Source of the DNA: Methanoregula sp.
GTDB taxonomy: Archaea; Halobacteriota; Methanomicrobia; Methanomicrobiales; Methanospirillaceae
Direction of reading: 5' to 3'
Assembly (NCBI RefSeq): GCF_003170075.1
Contig: NZ_PMZU01000026.1
Span: forward strand, 42,004-74,003
DNA: 32,000 nucleotides
Each line of letters begins with the position of its first letter. The first letter of the stretch is position 1. Positions 8,526-16,874 of this stretch are shown piece by piece. The position numbers and the translations under genes were made by a program. The notes beneath the pieces are model-generated. The model ran no database searches. It worked only from the letters and a program-made list of their open reading frames with translations, and was not told the origin of the DNA.

Positions 8526-9138
8526 CCCGGGCGCAACCACAGAGGAAGCCTACAAGATCTCAAAGACCTCGCGTACGCTCGCACGGAAGATTGTCGGGAA
8601 CGAGACCCCCGAGGACCGGGTGCGCCAGCGCTGCTCAGTCGCGGTCGGCGATTTTGCGATGGCGGACCTGTTGAGGTTCAATGCCGATCCCGTGCCTGCC
8701 ACAATAGCGGCGCTCAAAGCCGGCGCCCACATCATCACCGATATCCGGATGGTACAGGCAGGCATCCAGAAGAAAGGGCACGCGTCGAAAATTCTCTGTG
8801 CGCTTGACTTCGGCGGGGAGATCGCGCGGGAGAAGGGGATCACGAGGAGCTCAGCCGGGTTTATCGCGCTCCGCGACCGGCTGGCCGGCTCCATCATCGT
8901 CATCGGCAACGCTCCTTCTGCCCTGCTCACGGTCTGCGGGATAATCCACGAGGGGATCCGCCCGGCAGTCGTGATCGGCGCACCGGTGGGTTTTGTCAAC
9001 GCGGCTGAGTCAAAATCTGTCCTGCGTGCCCTTAATATCCCCTCGATCTCGACCGAAGGGACACGGGGCGGGACGCCGGTCGCTGTCGCTGCGATAAATG
9101 AGTGCATCACGATTCTTATCGAGGAATCCACGTCATGA
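8473..9138 (+). CDS. cbiC: Cobalt-precorrin-8 methylmutase CbiC
   Basis: ITDIRMVQAGIQKK...GNAPSALLTVCGIIHEG.RPAVVIGAPVGFVNAAESK, precorrin-8X methylmutase motifs. Confidence 0.95.
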   Translation: MSKESSRHADTTTSTYIDPGATTEEAYKISKTSRTLARKIVGNETPEDRVRQRCSVAVGDFAMADLLRFNADPVPATIAALKAGAHIITDIRMVQAGIQKKGHASKILCALDFGGEIAREKGITRSSAGFIALRDRLAGSIIVIGNAPSALLTVCGIIHEGIRPAVVIGAPVGFVNAAESKSVLRALNIPSISTEGTRGGTPVAVAAINECITILIEESTS

Positions 9139-10139
9139 GGGACCCGGTCACCGGTTTTCTGTACCCGGAGAACTGGCAGGAGAAGGTTTTCGATCCGGCC
9201 GGACTTGACCTTGTCGTGCAGGGTTTTGCCGTCCTGACCGCATCGGGAACCATCCTCCGGCGCGGGTACACGACCGGGACCACAGCCGCTGCCGCATGCA
9301 AGGCAGCGATCCTTTCGCTGGAACAGGACGTGTCGCAGGTTACGGTCCGCCTCCCCTGCGGCCTTGTTGCCGATGTCCCGGCCGAGGCTCATGCCGGGCA
9401 CGCGTCGTGCAGGAAATATGCCGGTGATTACCCCTCTGATGTGACGGCGGGTATCGAGTTTGTCGCTGAGGCTGTTGCCGCACCAGACGGGCTTTCACTT
9501 ATACCAGGGCCAGGTATCGGGCGGTTCGCCCGGGACACGCCCCGGTACAAAAAAGGAGCGCCGGCGATCAGCGACGCCCCGCTTGCCTGCATTCTTGCAT
9601 CCATGCAGGAGGCCATAGATGACACCGGCATTTCCGGCGCTACGGTCACGCTCTCTATCCCCGAAGGTGCACGCATTGCAAATAAGACACTCAACCCCCG
9701 GGTCGGCATTGAGGGGGGATTATCCGTGCTAGGGTCGACCGGGCTTGTCGAGCCCTGGGATGATCACCTTGAGGAGTCAGTCCAGGCCCGGGTAAAAGAT
9801 GCAAAGAATGTCGTCCTCACGACCGGCCGGGTCGGGCTCCGGTATTCCCGCCTGCTCTTTCCCGATCACGAGGTCGTGCTTGCCGGGGGCCGGCTCGGGG
9901 AAGCACTGTCTGCTACGAATGGCGACGTGATCCTCTGCGGCCTTCCAGCGCTGATCCTAAAATATATCGAACCGCATATCCTTGATGGTACAGGATACGC
10001 GACCGTGGAAGAACTGTCCGCATCACCGGCATTTTTGCCAATCGCGGCGCCGATCTTAACGGCGTACAAAAAAGAACATCCTTCGGTAAAGGTGATCCTC
10101 GTGAACCGGGAAGGTACAATAATCGGAGAGAGCCCATGA
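9135..10139 (+). CDS. cbiD: Cobalt-precorrin-5B C1-methyltransferase CbiD
   Basis: LRRGYTTGTTAAAACKAAIL ... GLSLIPGPGIGRFARDTPRYKKGAPAISDAPL. ATG at 9135 overlaps the cbiC stop. Confidence 0.95.
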   Translation: MRDPVTGFLYPENWQEKVFDPAGLDLVVQGFAVLTASGTILRRGYTTGTTAAAACKAAILSLEQDVSQVTVRLPCGLVADVPAEAHAGHASCRKYAGDYPSDVTAGIEFVAEAVAAPDGLSLIPGPGIGRFARDTPRYKKGAPAISDAPLACILASMQEAIDDTGISGATVTLSIPEGARIANKTLNPRVGIEGGLSVLGSTGLVEPWDDHLEESVQARVKDAKNVVLTTGRVGLRYSRLLFPDHEVVLAGGRLGEALSATNGDVILCGLPALILKYIEPHILDGTGYATVEELSASPAFLPIAAPILTAYKKEHPSVKVILVNREGTIIGESP

Positions 10140-10345
10140 AGATTGTCGGTGCCGGGTGCGGGACCGGCACGATCGATTTTACCGCACTCCTCCCGCTCCT
10201 GCCGGCATCCGCGTCCCGGATCATTGAGTGCTCGGACCCTGTGGCATACGAGAAGAGCGTGGCTTTCCTGTCATCGGTTGAAGAACGGGCGTGCCAGACG
10301 AAGGTGCCCGTGCGTAGGCAGACGCACGACAAATTATACCCATAA
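10136..10345 (+). other. Small 69-aa ORF translationally coupled to cbiD; possible truncated cbiE relative or novel small protein
   Basis: MKIVGAGCGTGTIDFTALLPLLPASASRIIECSDPVAYEKSVAFLSSVEERACQ...; the ATG overlaps the cbiD stop. The N-terminus weakly resembles the glycine-rich start of tetrapyrrole methylases, but the ORF is far too short for a full enzyme. Confidence 0.35.
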
Positions 10346-10358
10346 AGAGGTAAACGAG

Positions 10359-11705
10359 ATGATCATGCAGGCAGAGATCCCCCGGGTCGTGATCGCCGGT
10401 ACGCACAGCGGCTGCGGCAAGACGACGATCGCAAGCGGCCTGATGGCGGCACTGGTCACCCGTGGCTGCACGGTCCAGCCGTTCAAGACCGGCCCGGACT
10501 TTATCGATCCCTCACACCACACGCTCATCTGCGGCCGGCCGTCACGGAACCTTGATTTCTGCATGATGGGGGAGACCGGGATACGCCGGACGTTTGCCGC
10601 TGCTTCGGCAGGCGCTGAAATCGCGGTCATCGAAGGGGCGATGGGCCTCTTTGACGGAAGGGAAGGGTCTGATACCGCGAGTGCCGCACACGTGGCGAGG
10701 ATCCTCAAGGCGCCGGTCATCCTTGTCGTAGATGTGCACGCGGTCTCGCGCAGCGTCCACGCGGTGGTGAAGGGATTCCGGGACTTCGATCCCCGGGTGA
10801 AGATCGCCGGCATTATCTACAATAAAATCGGGAGCGATCGGCACCGGCAGATGATCGCACAGGAGGAGTTTGTCCCGGCGCTCGGCTGGGTGCCAAAGCA
10901 GCTGGAGAGCGAGGTAAAAAGCCGGCACCTCGGCCTCGTAATGGCGCACGAGTCGCCGGCGATGAAGACTTACGGCCGGGTGATTGCCGAATCGTGCGAC
11001 CTTGACCGGATCCTCGACATCGCCCGGGCTGCCCCGCCGCTCAATATTCCGGTGCCTGTCGCACAAAAAACTCCTGCGGCCCGGCACCGACCGGTCATCG
11101 GGGTCGCACGCGATGATGCGTTCTGCTTTTACTACCAGGACAACCTTGACCGGCTCGCCCGGGCCGGCGCGGAACTCCGCCCCTTTTCACCGATTGCAGA
11201 CACGGAGCCGGATGTGGATGCGATCTATATCGGGGGTGGGTATCCCGAACTTCATGCTGAAGCACTCGAACGCTCGCGGTGCCGGCAGTTCATCCGTGAC
11301 CGGGCAGCAGCGGGCATCCCTATCTACGGTGAATGCGGGGGGCTCATGTACCTCTGCGGCTCGCTCGAAGCGGACCGCGAATATGAGATGGCAGGCGTGC
11401 TCCCGGCCCGGGCCGTCATGACGAAAAAACTCCAGGCGCTGGGATATGTGCACGGTGCATTCGGGAGCCGACCCGACCTCTGGACGGGAACAGTGGCATT
11501 CAGGGGGCACGAGTTCCATTACTCCCGGGTCGAGTGCGGCCCGGACGCACGCTTTGCAATCCGGCTCGGGCAGGGAGCAGGCATCAGGAGCGGCAATGAC
11601 GGGCTTACGGAATACAACACCATCGGGACATACACCCACGCGTATTTCACCGACGCGTTCTGCCGGAAATTTGTAGCGGCCGCTGCGGCATTTAAGAAAC
11701 GGTAG
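10359..11705 (+). CDS. cbiA: Cobyrinate a,c-diamide synthase CbiA
   Basis: RVVIAGTHSGCGKTTIASGLMAALVTRGCTVQPFKTGPDFIDPSHHTLICGRPSRNLD ... IPIYGECGGLMYL glutaminase domain. Confidence 0.96.
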   Translation: MIMQAEIPRVVIAGTHSGCGKTTIASGLMAALVTRGCTVQPFKTGPDFIDPSHHTLICGRPSRNLDFCMMGETGIRRTFAAASAGAEIAVIEGAMGLFDGREGSDTASAAHVARILKAPVILVVDVHAVSRSVHAVVKGFRDFDPRVKIAGIIYNKIGSDRHRQMIAQEEFVPALGWVPKQLESEVKSRHLGLVMAHESPAMKTYGRVIAESCDLDRILDIARAAPPLNIPVPVAQKTPAARHRPVIGVARDDAFCFYYQDNLDRLARAGAELRPFSPIADTEPDVDAIYIGGGYPELHAEALERSRCRQFIRDRAAAGIPIYGECGGLMYLCGSLEADREYEMAGVLPARAVMTKKLQALGYVHGAFGSRPDLWTGTVAFRGHEFHYSRVECGPDARFAIRLGQGAGIRSGNDGLTEYNTIGTYTHAYFTDAFCRKFVAAAAAFKKR

Positions 11706-12074
11706 CCAAAAAAGGTGCACACTGGGACAAAACCACGCTCTCACCCTGTGCGGCCGATGCACTCTCCTGGACCCGTCAGCTCACGGTCGCGGGAAAAACA
11801 GTTGGGCCCCCACCGGTTTTGACAAGGCCGTTGCAGCCATCGAGGCCCGGGAGCTCATCTCCGATTTAGAGATAGCAGCAGAATTCATGCGCCGGATACA
11901 GCAGGATAATTACATCCCACCGGCCTTAGCAAATGAGTATGCTGTTGCCGTGCTCGCTGAATACCACCGGGCCATGGCAAAAAAAAGCAACTGATACCGG
12001 GATTGTCAGACCCCCGGATCAAAAGGGGAGTATAGCCCCAAGTCTTTTTCCCTCCACCCGAAATTACATTATTC

Positions 12075-13364
12075 ATGGATCCCCTCCTCGCGTTTGTGAT
12101 CACACTCGCCCTCATCACTATCGTCAGCCTCCGGTACAGGATCTCCCCGTTCTTCACCCTGATCGGCGGGGCGGTCCTGTTCGGGTTTCTGGCGGGCATG
12201 ACATTCGATGCGACCATGCTTGGGATCATCGCAGGTGTCGGCAAGGTATTTTCTGCATTCGGCATCATCATTCTCTGCGGGGCAGTCATTGCAAAGCTCC
12301 TGCAAGAGCAGCACCAGATCGAAGAGATCGTGGCCGATATCCGTAGGTACGTGAAAAACCCGCCGGTGATCGCCGGGGTATCCGGCTATCTTTTATCCGT
12401 ACCTATTACCTGCTGCATCACAGCCTATATCATGCTGAACCCGATCCTCGATAGCCTTGAGAAAGACAAAACGAAGCGCAACGTGCTTCTGTACCTTGCT
12501 GCGGTCGGTGGAATCATTTCGTATGCGCTCATATTCCCGACACCGGTTGTCATCCCGCTCTACGAAGCGTTCTCCAGGGGAATGAGCCCGGTTCTGTTTG
12601 ATGCCATATCTATCCCGCTCTCACTTCTGGTACTGGGTGGAATCCTCCTTTATTTCCGGTTCGTCCATCCAGATGTGGTCACCCCAAAAAGAACTGAATC
12701 ACCAGCAACGCCCCATCAAATCCCCGGGACCGAGACTCCGGTCATGCGTCAGGGAATCCACTGGCGGGCATGGGCTCCCTTTATCGCGATCCTGATCGCC
12801 ATTCCGGTCGCTCTTCTGCTCCTGCACCTGTCGCAGATGAGTATGATTAACGTAATCATGCTGGTCGGTGCAGTCACGGCCATCGCCCTTGCGTCTCCGT
12901 CAATGCGAACTCAGGGATTGTCACAGGGCGCAAAACACGCAGGCATAATTATCTTTGACATCTGCGGGGCGGGAGCGCTTGGTTATGTGATCGTCAGCAG
13001 CGGGTTTGCGCAGGATGCCATGGGCCGGATGACCCTGCTCATCCCCATCATCCTCGTGCCGTTCATCCTTGCCGCCTTGATCGAGACTGCGCAGGGCTCA
13101 CGGGTGGTGACGGCGGTGATTACGGCCGAAGTCCTCGCAGGATCGACCGTGGCCGGTGCAATCCACCCGATCCCCCTCATCCTCCTTATCAGTGCCGGGT
13201 CGTGTATCGTGTCCTACGTGACCGATCCCTTCTTCTGGCTTGTCCAGCGGACAACCGGGGACGATATTAAAACCGTGGTGAAGAATTACACGCTGCCCAT
13301 CGCACTCGCGGGTATCGGGATCTTTATTGTTGCCCTGGCCCTGGAGTACCTGGTCTTCCGGTAA
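12075..13364 (+). CDS. GntP-family permease (gluconate/organic acid transporter-like)
   Basis: 429 aa, many TMs; LIGGAVLFGFLAGM...CGAVIAKLLQE and DICGAGALGYVIVSSG..., GSRVVTAVITAEVL: GntP-like organisation. Confidence 0.75.
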   Translation: MDPLLAFVITLALITIVSLRYRISPFFTLIGGAVLFGFLAGMTFDATMLGIIAGVGKVFSAFGIIILCGAVIAKLLQEQHQIEEIVADIRRYVKNPPVIAGVSGYLLSVPITCCITAYIMLNPILDSLEKDKTKRNVLLYLAAVGGIISYALIFPTPVVIPLYEAFSRGMSPVLFDAISIPLSLLVLGGILLYFRFVHPDVVTPKRTESPATPHQIPGTETPVMRQGIHWRAWAPFIAILIAIPVALLLLHLSQMSMINVIMLVGAVTAIALASPSMRTQGLSQGAKHAGIIIFDICGAGALGYVIVSSGFAQDAMGRMTLLIPIILVPFILAALIETAQGSRVVTAVITAEVLAGSTVAGAIHPIPLILLISAGSCIVSYVTDPFFWLVQRTTGDDIKTVVKNYTLPIALAGIGIFIVALALEYLVFR

Positions 13365-13390
13365 ATGATATAAAAGGTTGATCTCTCGGA

Positions 13391-13777
13391 TTATTCTACA
13401 AATAATCTGCCCTGTTCGGTCAGCGAGTAGATGATCCAGTTGCCGTGATACTCGCCTTCAATCAGGCCGCTCTCTTTCAAAATATTCAGGTGATAGGAAA
13501 GTTTTGAGCCGGCAAGGTGCATGAACCGGTTAATAACGCAGACACAGAGCGGCTGGTCGCGGAGCAGAGAGAGGATAGTGAGCCGCAGCGGGTCGGAGAG
13601 TGCATGGTATCTCCTGCTCTGCTCAATGAGATCCTTTTCTTCCGGAATATGCCGGGAGAGAAATTCAACTCCTCCCAGATGTTCAATGGCCTCAAGGCCC
13701 ACATCGGGATTCATGGCCGCTCTCTTTTTGGGTCTGGGTTTTCGCGGGCCGCAACAGGAACTTTTTGATAATTTCAT
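13391..13777 (-). CDS. arsR: ArsR-family winged-helix repressor divergent from hgcA
   Basis: RRYHALSDPLRLTILSLLRDQPLCVCVINRFMHLAGSKLSYHLNILKESGLIEGEYHGNWIIYSLTEQG, ArsR fold with an ELCVC-like metal-site context (LCVC). Start taken at MKLSKSSCCG. Confidence 0.88.
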   Translation of the reverse strand: MKLSKSSCCGPRKPRPKKRAAMNPDVGLEAIEHLGGVEFLSRHIPEEKDLIEQSRRYHALSDPLRLTILSLLRDQPLCVCVINRFMHLAGSKLSYHLNILKESGLIEGEYHGNWIIYSLTEQGRLFVE

Positions 13778-13795
13778 TTCAAAATAATATGAAAT
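13776..13795. promoter_or_regulatory. Operator-like dyad 1 (ATTTCA-N8-TGAAAT) overlapping the arsR start codon
   Basis: ATTTCA at 13776-13781 and TGAAAT at 13790-13795; dyad arms related to site 2. Confidence 0.5.
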
Positions 13796-13800
13796 GCCAA

Positions 13801-13810
13801 CGTATATACG
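13801..13810 (+). promoter_or_regulatory. Candidate archaeal TATA element (CGTATATACG palindrome) in the divergent arsR-hgcA spacer
   Basis: Symmetric TATA-like sequence roughly midway between the two divergent starts. Confidence 0.4.
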
Positions 13811-13827
13811 CTTCACTTGCAGACAAT

Positions 13828-13847
13828 ATTTCAACAAAATTTGAAAT
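13828..13847. promoter_or_regulatory. Operator-like dyad 2 (ATTTCAA-N6-TTGAAAT) immediately upstream of hgcA
   Basis: Perfect 7-bp inverted arms, 13828-13834 and 13841-13847; resembles ArsR/SmtB operator geometry. Confidence 0.6.
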
Positions 13848-13860
13848 GCCGTGAAGTACT

Positions 13861-14985
13861 ATGACGAACATACCATCCGGCCCTAATCACAAAGGAACTC
13901 CGTTGAGGAGTGAACCATCCATAGAAAACACCATGCAATCCTGCTGCGGGAGTGTTCAAAAAGAGCCCGCATCCGCATGTTTCTGCACCGGAAAAACCGG
14001 CCCGGCACCGGGAATCCGTACCACCACATCCATAATCACATCTGCCGACAGGCGGGATCATTTCCTTGCCCGGTGGGGCGTCAACCGGATGGGCCGTATC
14101 GTTACGCCGGGTCTGTACCGGCTCGGCAGCCCAACCACAGATTCACCCGTCTTTGCGTCCGCTAACTACACACTCAGCTTTGACGCACTCCGTTCAGCGC
14201 TTGCCGGCACTGATGCATGGATCCTGGTGCTGGATACCAAGGGGATCAATGTCTGGTGCGCTGCCGGGAAAGGGACGTTTGGCACCGGTGAACTGATCCG
14301 GCGTATTGCGGTGACCGGGCTTTCCGAAATTGTCTCGCACCGCAGGATCATCCTCCCCCAGCTTTCGGCATCCGGGGTTTCGGCACATGACGTCGCCCAT
14401 TGGTCCGGTTTCTCGGTCGAGTACGGCCCGGTCCGGGCCCGGGATCTCCCGGCATACCTTCCCACCCGCACGGCAACGCAGGAGATGCGGACCGTCCGGT
14501 TCCCGCTTGCTGACCGGCTCCTCCTCTGCCCCATGGAACTTGTGCACGCACTCCTGCCCATGATTGCAGTAGCAGTCGTGTTGTACTTCCTTGCCGGCCC
14601 GGTTGCGGGGCTCGCAGCAATTGCCGCCGTGCTCGCAGGGACCGTGCTCTTCCCGGCGCTGCTCCCGTATCTCCCGACGCATGATTTCTCCATGAAGGGC
14701 TTCATCCTCGGGGCCATTGTCACGATCCCGTTTGCAGCAGCGTTTGCCCGGGCACCCGGCCTCTCCGGCATCGCACAGGTCATCGCGGTGCTCGTCCCGT
14801 TCCTCATCATCCCGGCCGTTGTCGCATACCTCGCCCTCAACTTCACCGGCTCGACCACGTTCACCTCCCGGACGGGCGTGAAAAAAGAGATCTTCCGGTA
14901 CGTGCCGACAATGGTGCTCATGGCAGGCGCCGGGACAATCCTCGGGATCGCGCTTGGCGTCCTCCGGCTCATGGGGGTGACCTGA
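13861..14985 (+). CDS. hgcA: Mercury methylation corrinoid protein HgcA
   Basis: Diagnostic motif GINVWCAAGKGTFGTGELI, then HRRIILPQLSASGVSAHDV and SGFSVEYGPVRARDLPAYL, plus a C-terminal multi-TM domain. Directly followed by hgcB. The start is uncertain (alternative ATG at 13933). Confidence 0.96.
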   Translation: MTNIPSGPNHKGTPLRSEPSIENTMQSCCGSVQKEPASACFCTGKTGPAPGIRTTTSIITSADRRDHFLARWGVNRMGRIVTPGLYRLGSPTTDSPVFASANYTLSFDALRSALAGTDAWILVLDTKGINVWCAAGKGTFGTGELIRRIAVTGLSEIVSHRRIILPQLSASGVSAHDVAHWSGFSVEYGPVRARDLPAYLPTRTATQEMRTVRFPLADRLLLCPMELVHALLPMIAVAVVLYFLAGPVAGLAAIAAVLAGTVLFPALLPYLPTHDFSMKGFILGAIVTIPFAAAFARAPGLSGIAQVIAVLVPFLIIPAVVAYLALNFTGSTTFTSRTGVKKEIFRYVPTMVLMAGAGTILGIALGVLRLMGVT

Positions 14986-15323
14986 TGTTTAACGCTTACG
15001 CAGAAAACACGCTCAAGTATTTCCCGGAGAAATGCATCAACTGCCGGCGCTGCACGCAGGTCTGCCCTCACGGAGTTTTTACTGAAGGGAAAAACCGGGC
15101 AGCACTCGTTAATCCCCGGGCCTGCATGGAGTGCGGGGCCTGTGCGAAAAACTGCCCGGTGCAGGCAATTGAGGTACAGAGCGGCGTCGGATGCGCATGG
15201 GCCATGATCAGCGCGGCACTCAGGGGAAAGGACATGGACAGTGGCGAATGCAGCTGCGGGGGGCCGGAGAGTTCCTGTTGCGGCCAGACAAAAGAAGACC
15301 CATGTTCTTACGGGGCAGAATAG
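14985..15323 (+). CDS. hgcB: Mercury methylation ferredoxin HgcB
   Basis: 2x[4Fe-4S] pattern CINCRRCTQVCPHGVF and CMECGACAKNCPVQAIEVQSGVGCAWAM, with Cys-rich C-terminal tail CSCGGPESSCCG. 1-nt overlap with hgcA. Confidence 0.95.
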   Translation: MFNAYAENTLKYFPEKCINCRRCTQVCPHGVFTEGKNRAALVNPRACMECGACAKNCPVQAIEVQSGVGCAWAMISAALRGKDMDSGECSCGGPESSCCGQTKEDPCSYGAE

Positions 15324-15334
15324 AGGAATCAGCA

Positions 15335-15778
15335 ATGAAGGCAACCACAAAATCTGATGATGCAGTGGCAAGTTACATGAGCAGGTTCACCTGCTCTGCA
15401 GCAGTGTTTTCTGCCTTTTCCGAAGATCTTGGCCTAAATCCCGATACGGCAAAAAAGATCGCATGCGGATTCGGTGCAGGGATATCGAAGACCGGCAATA
15501 TGTGCGGTGCGGTGTCCGGGGCAATCATGGTTATCGGGTTGAAATACGGAAAGACCGAAGCGGATGACGAAGCCGCAACCGAGAAGACACGGGCCCTCGT
15601 CCGGCAGTTCATTCACGAGTTTATAGCAAAGAACGGCTCGGTCAACTGTACGGATCTGCTCGGACTTAACATTAGCAACCCCGAAGAATTTGCACAGGCA
15701 CGCGATAATAAACTGTTTGTCACGAAATGCCCGGAACTTGTGCGGGACGCCACGGAAATCCTTGAAAAAATCCTTTGA
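15335..15778 (+). CDS. C_GCAxxG_C_C-type putative redox-active protein
   Basis: FTCSAAVFSAFSEDLGLNPDTAKKIACGFGAGISKTGNMCGAVSGAIMVIGLKYG, family layout; C-terminal conserved Cys residues. Confidence 0.8.
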   Translation: MKATTKSDDAVASYMSRFTCSAAVFSAFSEDLGLNPDTAKKIACGFGAGISKTGNMCGAVSGAIMVIGLKYGKTEADDEAATEKTRALVRQFIHEFIAKNGSVNCTDLLGLNISNPEEFAQARDNKLFVTKCPELVRDATEILEKIL

Positions 15779-15800
15779 ATGTACAAATAGGTGAACGCTA

Positions 15801-16874
15801 ATGGATACGCAAGTAAAACGACTTTCATTCCTTGACCGGTACCTTACGCTCTGGATCTTCCTTGCGATGGCGGTCGGGATAGCAATCGGGTACTTTTCAC
15901 CTACAGTACCGACGCTGATCACCGGCCTTTCAGTAGGGACCACGTCAATCCCGATTGCCATCGGGCTTATCCTCATGATGTACCCGCCGTTGGCAAAAGT
16001 ACGTTATGAGGAACTCAGCAACGTGTTCCGGGATAAGAAGGCACTCGGGCTTTCTCTGTTCCTGACCTGGCTCGTGGGACCTTTCCTGATGTTTGCCCTT
16101 GCCGTCCTCTTCCTCCACGACCAGCCGCTGTACATGTATGGCCTGATCCTCGTCGGGATTGCCCCCTGCATCGCAATGGTCATTGTCTGGATAGACCTTG
16201 CCAAAGGCGATCGCGAGTTCAGTGCGACGATGGTGGGGTTGAATTCCATCTTCCAGGTCCTCTTCTATTCGGTCTATGCATACCTCCTCATCACCGTGCT
16301 CCCGAAAATCATCGGCATTGCCGAAGGGACAGTGGTGGATGTATCCATGGTCGAAATTGCCGTCACTGTCTTTACGTATCTTGGCATCCCGTTTATCGCG
16401 GGAGTTGTTACCCGGTTCACCCTCATCAAGATAAAATCAAAGGAATGGTACGAACAAAAATTCATCAGGAAGATTTCACCGGTCACTCTCATTGCGCTGC
16501 TCTTTACCATTATCGTGATGTTCTCGCTCAAGGGCGGATACATCGTTACCGTCCCGCTCGATGTCGTCAGAGTCGCGATCCCGCTGGTCTGTTACTTCCT
16601 GATTATGTTCTCTCTCGGTTTTTACCTGGCATTTAAACTGGGAATCAATTATCCGCGGACTGCAAGCCTCGCATTCACCGCAGCGTCAAACAATTTCGAG
16701 CTTGCCATCGCGGTCGCCATCGGTGTCTTCGGCATCGGATCTGCTGTTGCGTTCGCCACCGTTATCGGACCTCTCGTGGAAGTGCCGGTGATGATCGGCC
16801 TCGTGAACGTGACGCTCTATCTCAAAGAGAAATGGTATAAAGGCGGCAGTCCATCATCAGAATGTAGAACATGA
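15801..16874 (+). CDS. acr3: ACR3-family arsenite efflux transporter
   Basis: [27 protein letters not shown] ... [22 protein letters not shown] ... [19 protein letters not shown], strong ACR3 motifs. Confidence 0.95.
   Translation: MDTQVKRLSFLDRYLTLWIFLAMAVGIAIGYFSPTVPTLITGLSVGTTSIPIAIGLILMMYPPLAKVRYEELSNVFRDKKALGLSLFLTWLVGPFLMFALAVLFLHDQPLYMYGLILVGIAPCIAMVIVWIDLAKGDREFSATMVGLNSIFQVLFYSVYAYLLITVLPKIIGIAEGTVVDVSMVEIAVTVFTYLGIPFIAGVVTRFTLIKIKSKEWYEQKFIRKISPVTLIALLFTIIVMFSLKGGYIVTVPLDVVRVAIPLVCYFLIMFSLGFYLAFKLGINYPRTASLAFTAASNNFELAIAVAIGVFGIGSAVAFATVIGPLVEVPVMIGLVNVTLYLKEKWYKGGSPSSECRT

Noticed and set aside
10143-10358. N-terminal extension of the CbiA ORF (MSVPGAGPARSILPHSS...)
   Set aside because: Out-of-frame translation of the small coupled ORF region; CbiA homology starts at MIMQAEIPRVVIAGTHSG (10359).
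14166-15371. 401-aa minus-strand ORF opposite hgcA/hgcB
   Set aside because: Low-complexity Arg/Ser/Ala-rich shadow of strongly identified hgcA/hgcB; typical antisense ORF in GC-rich DNA.
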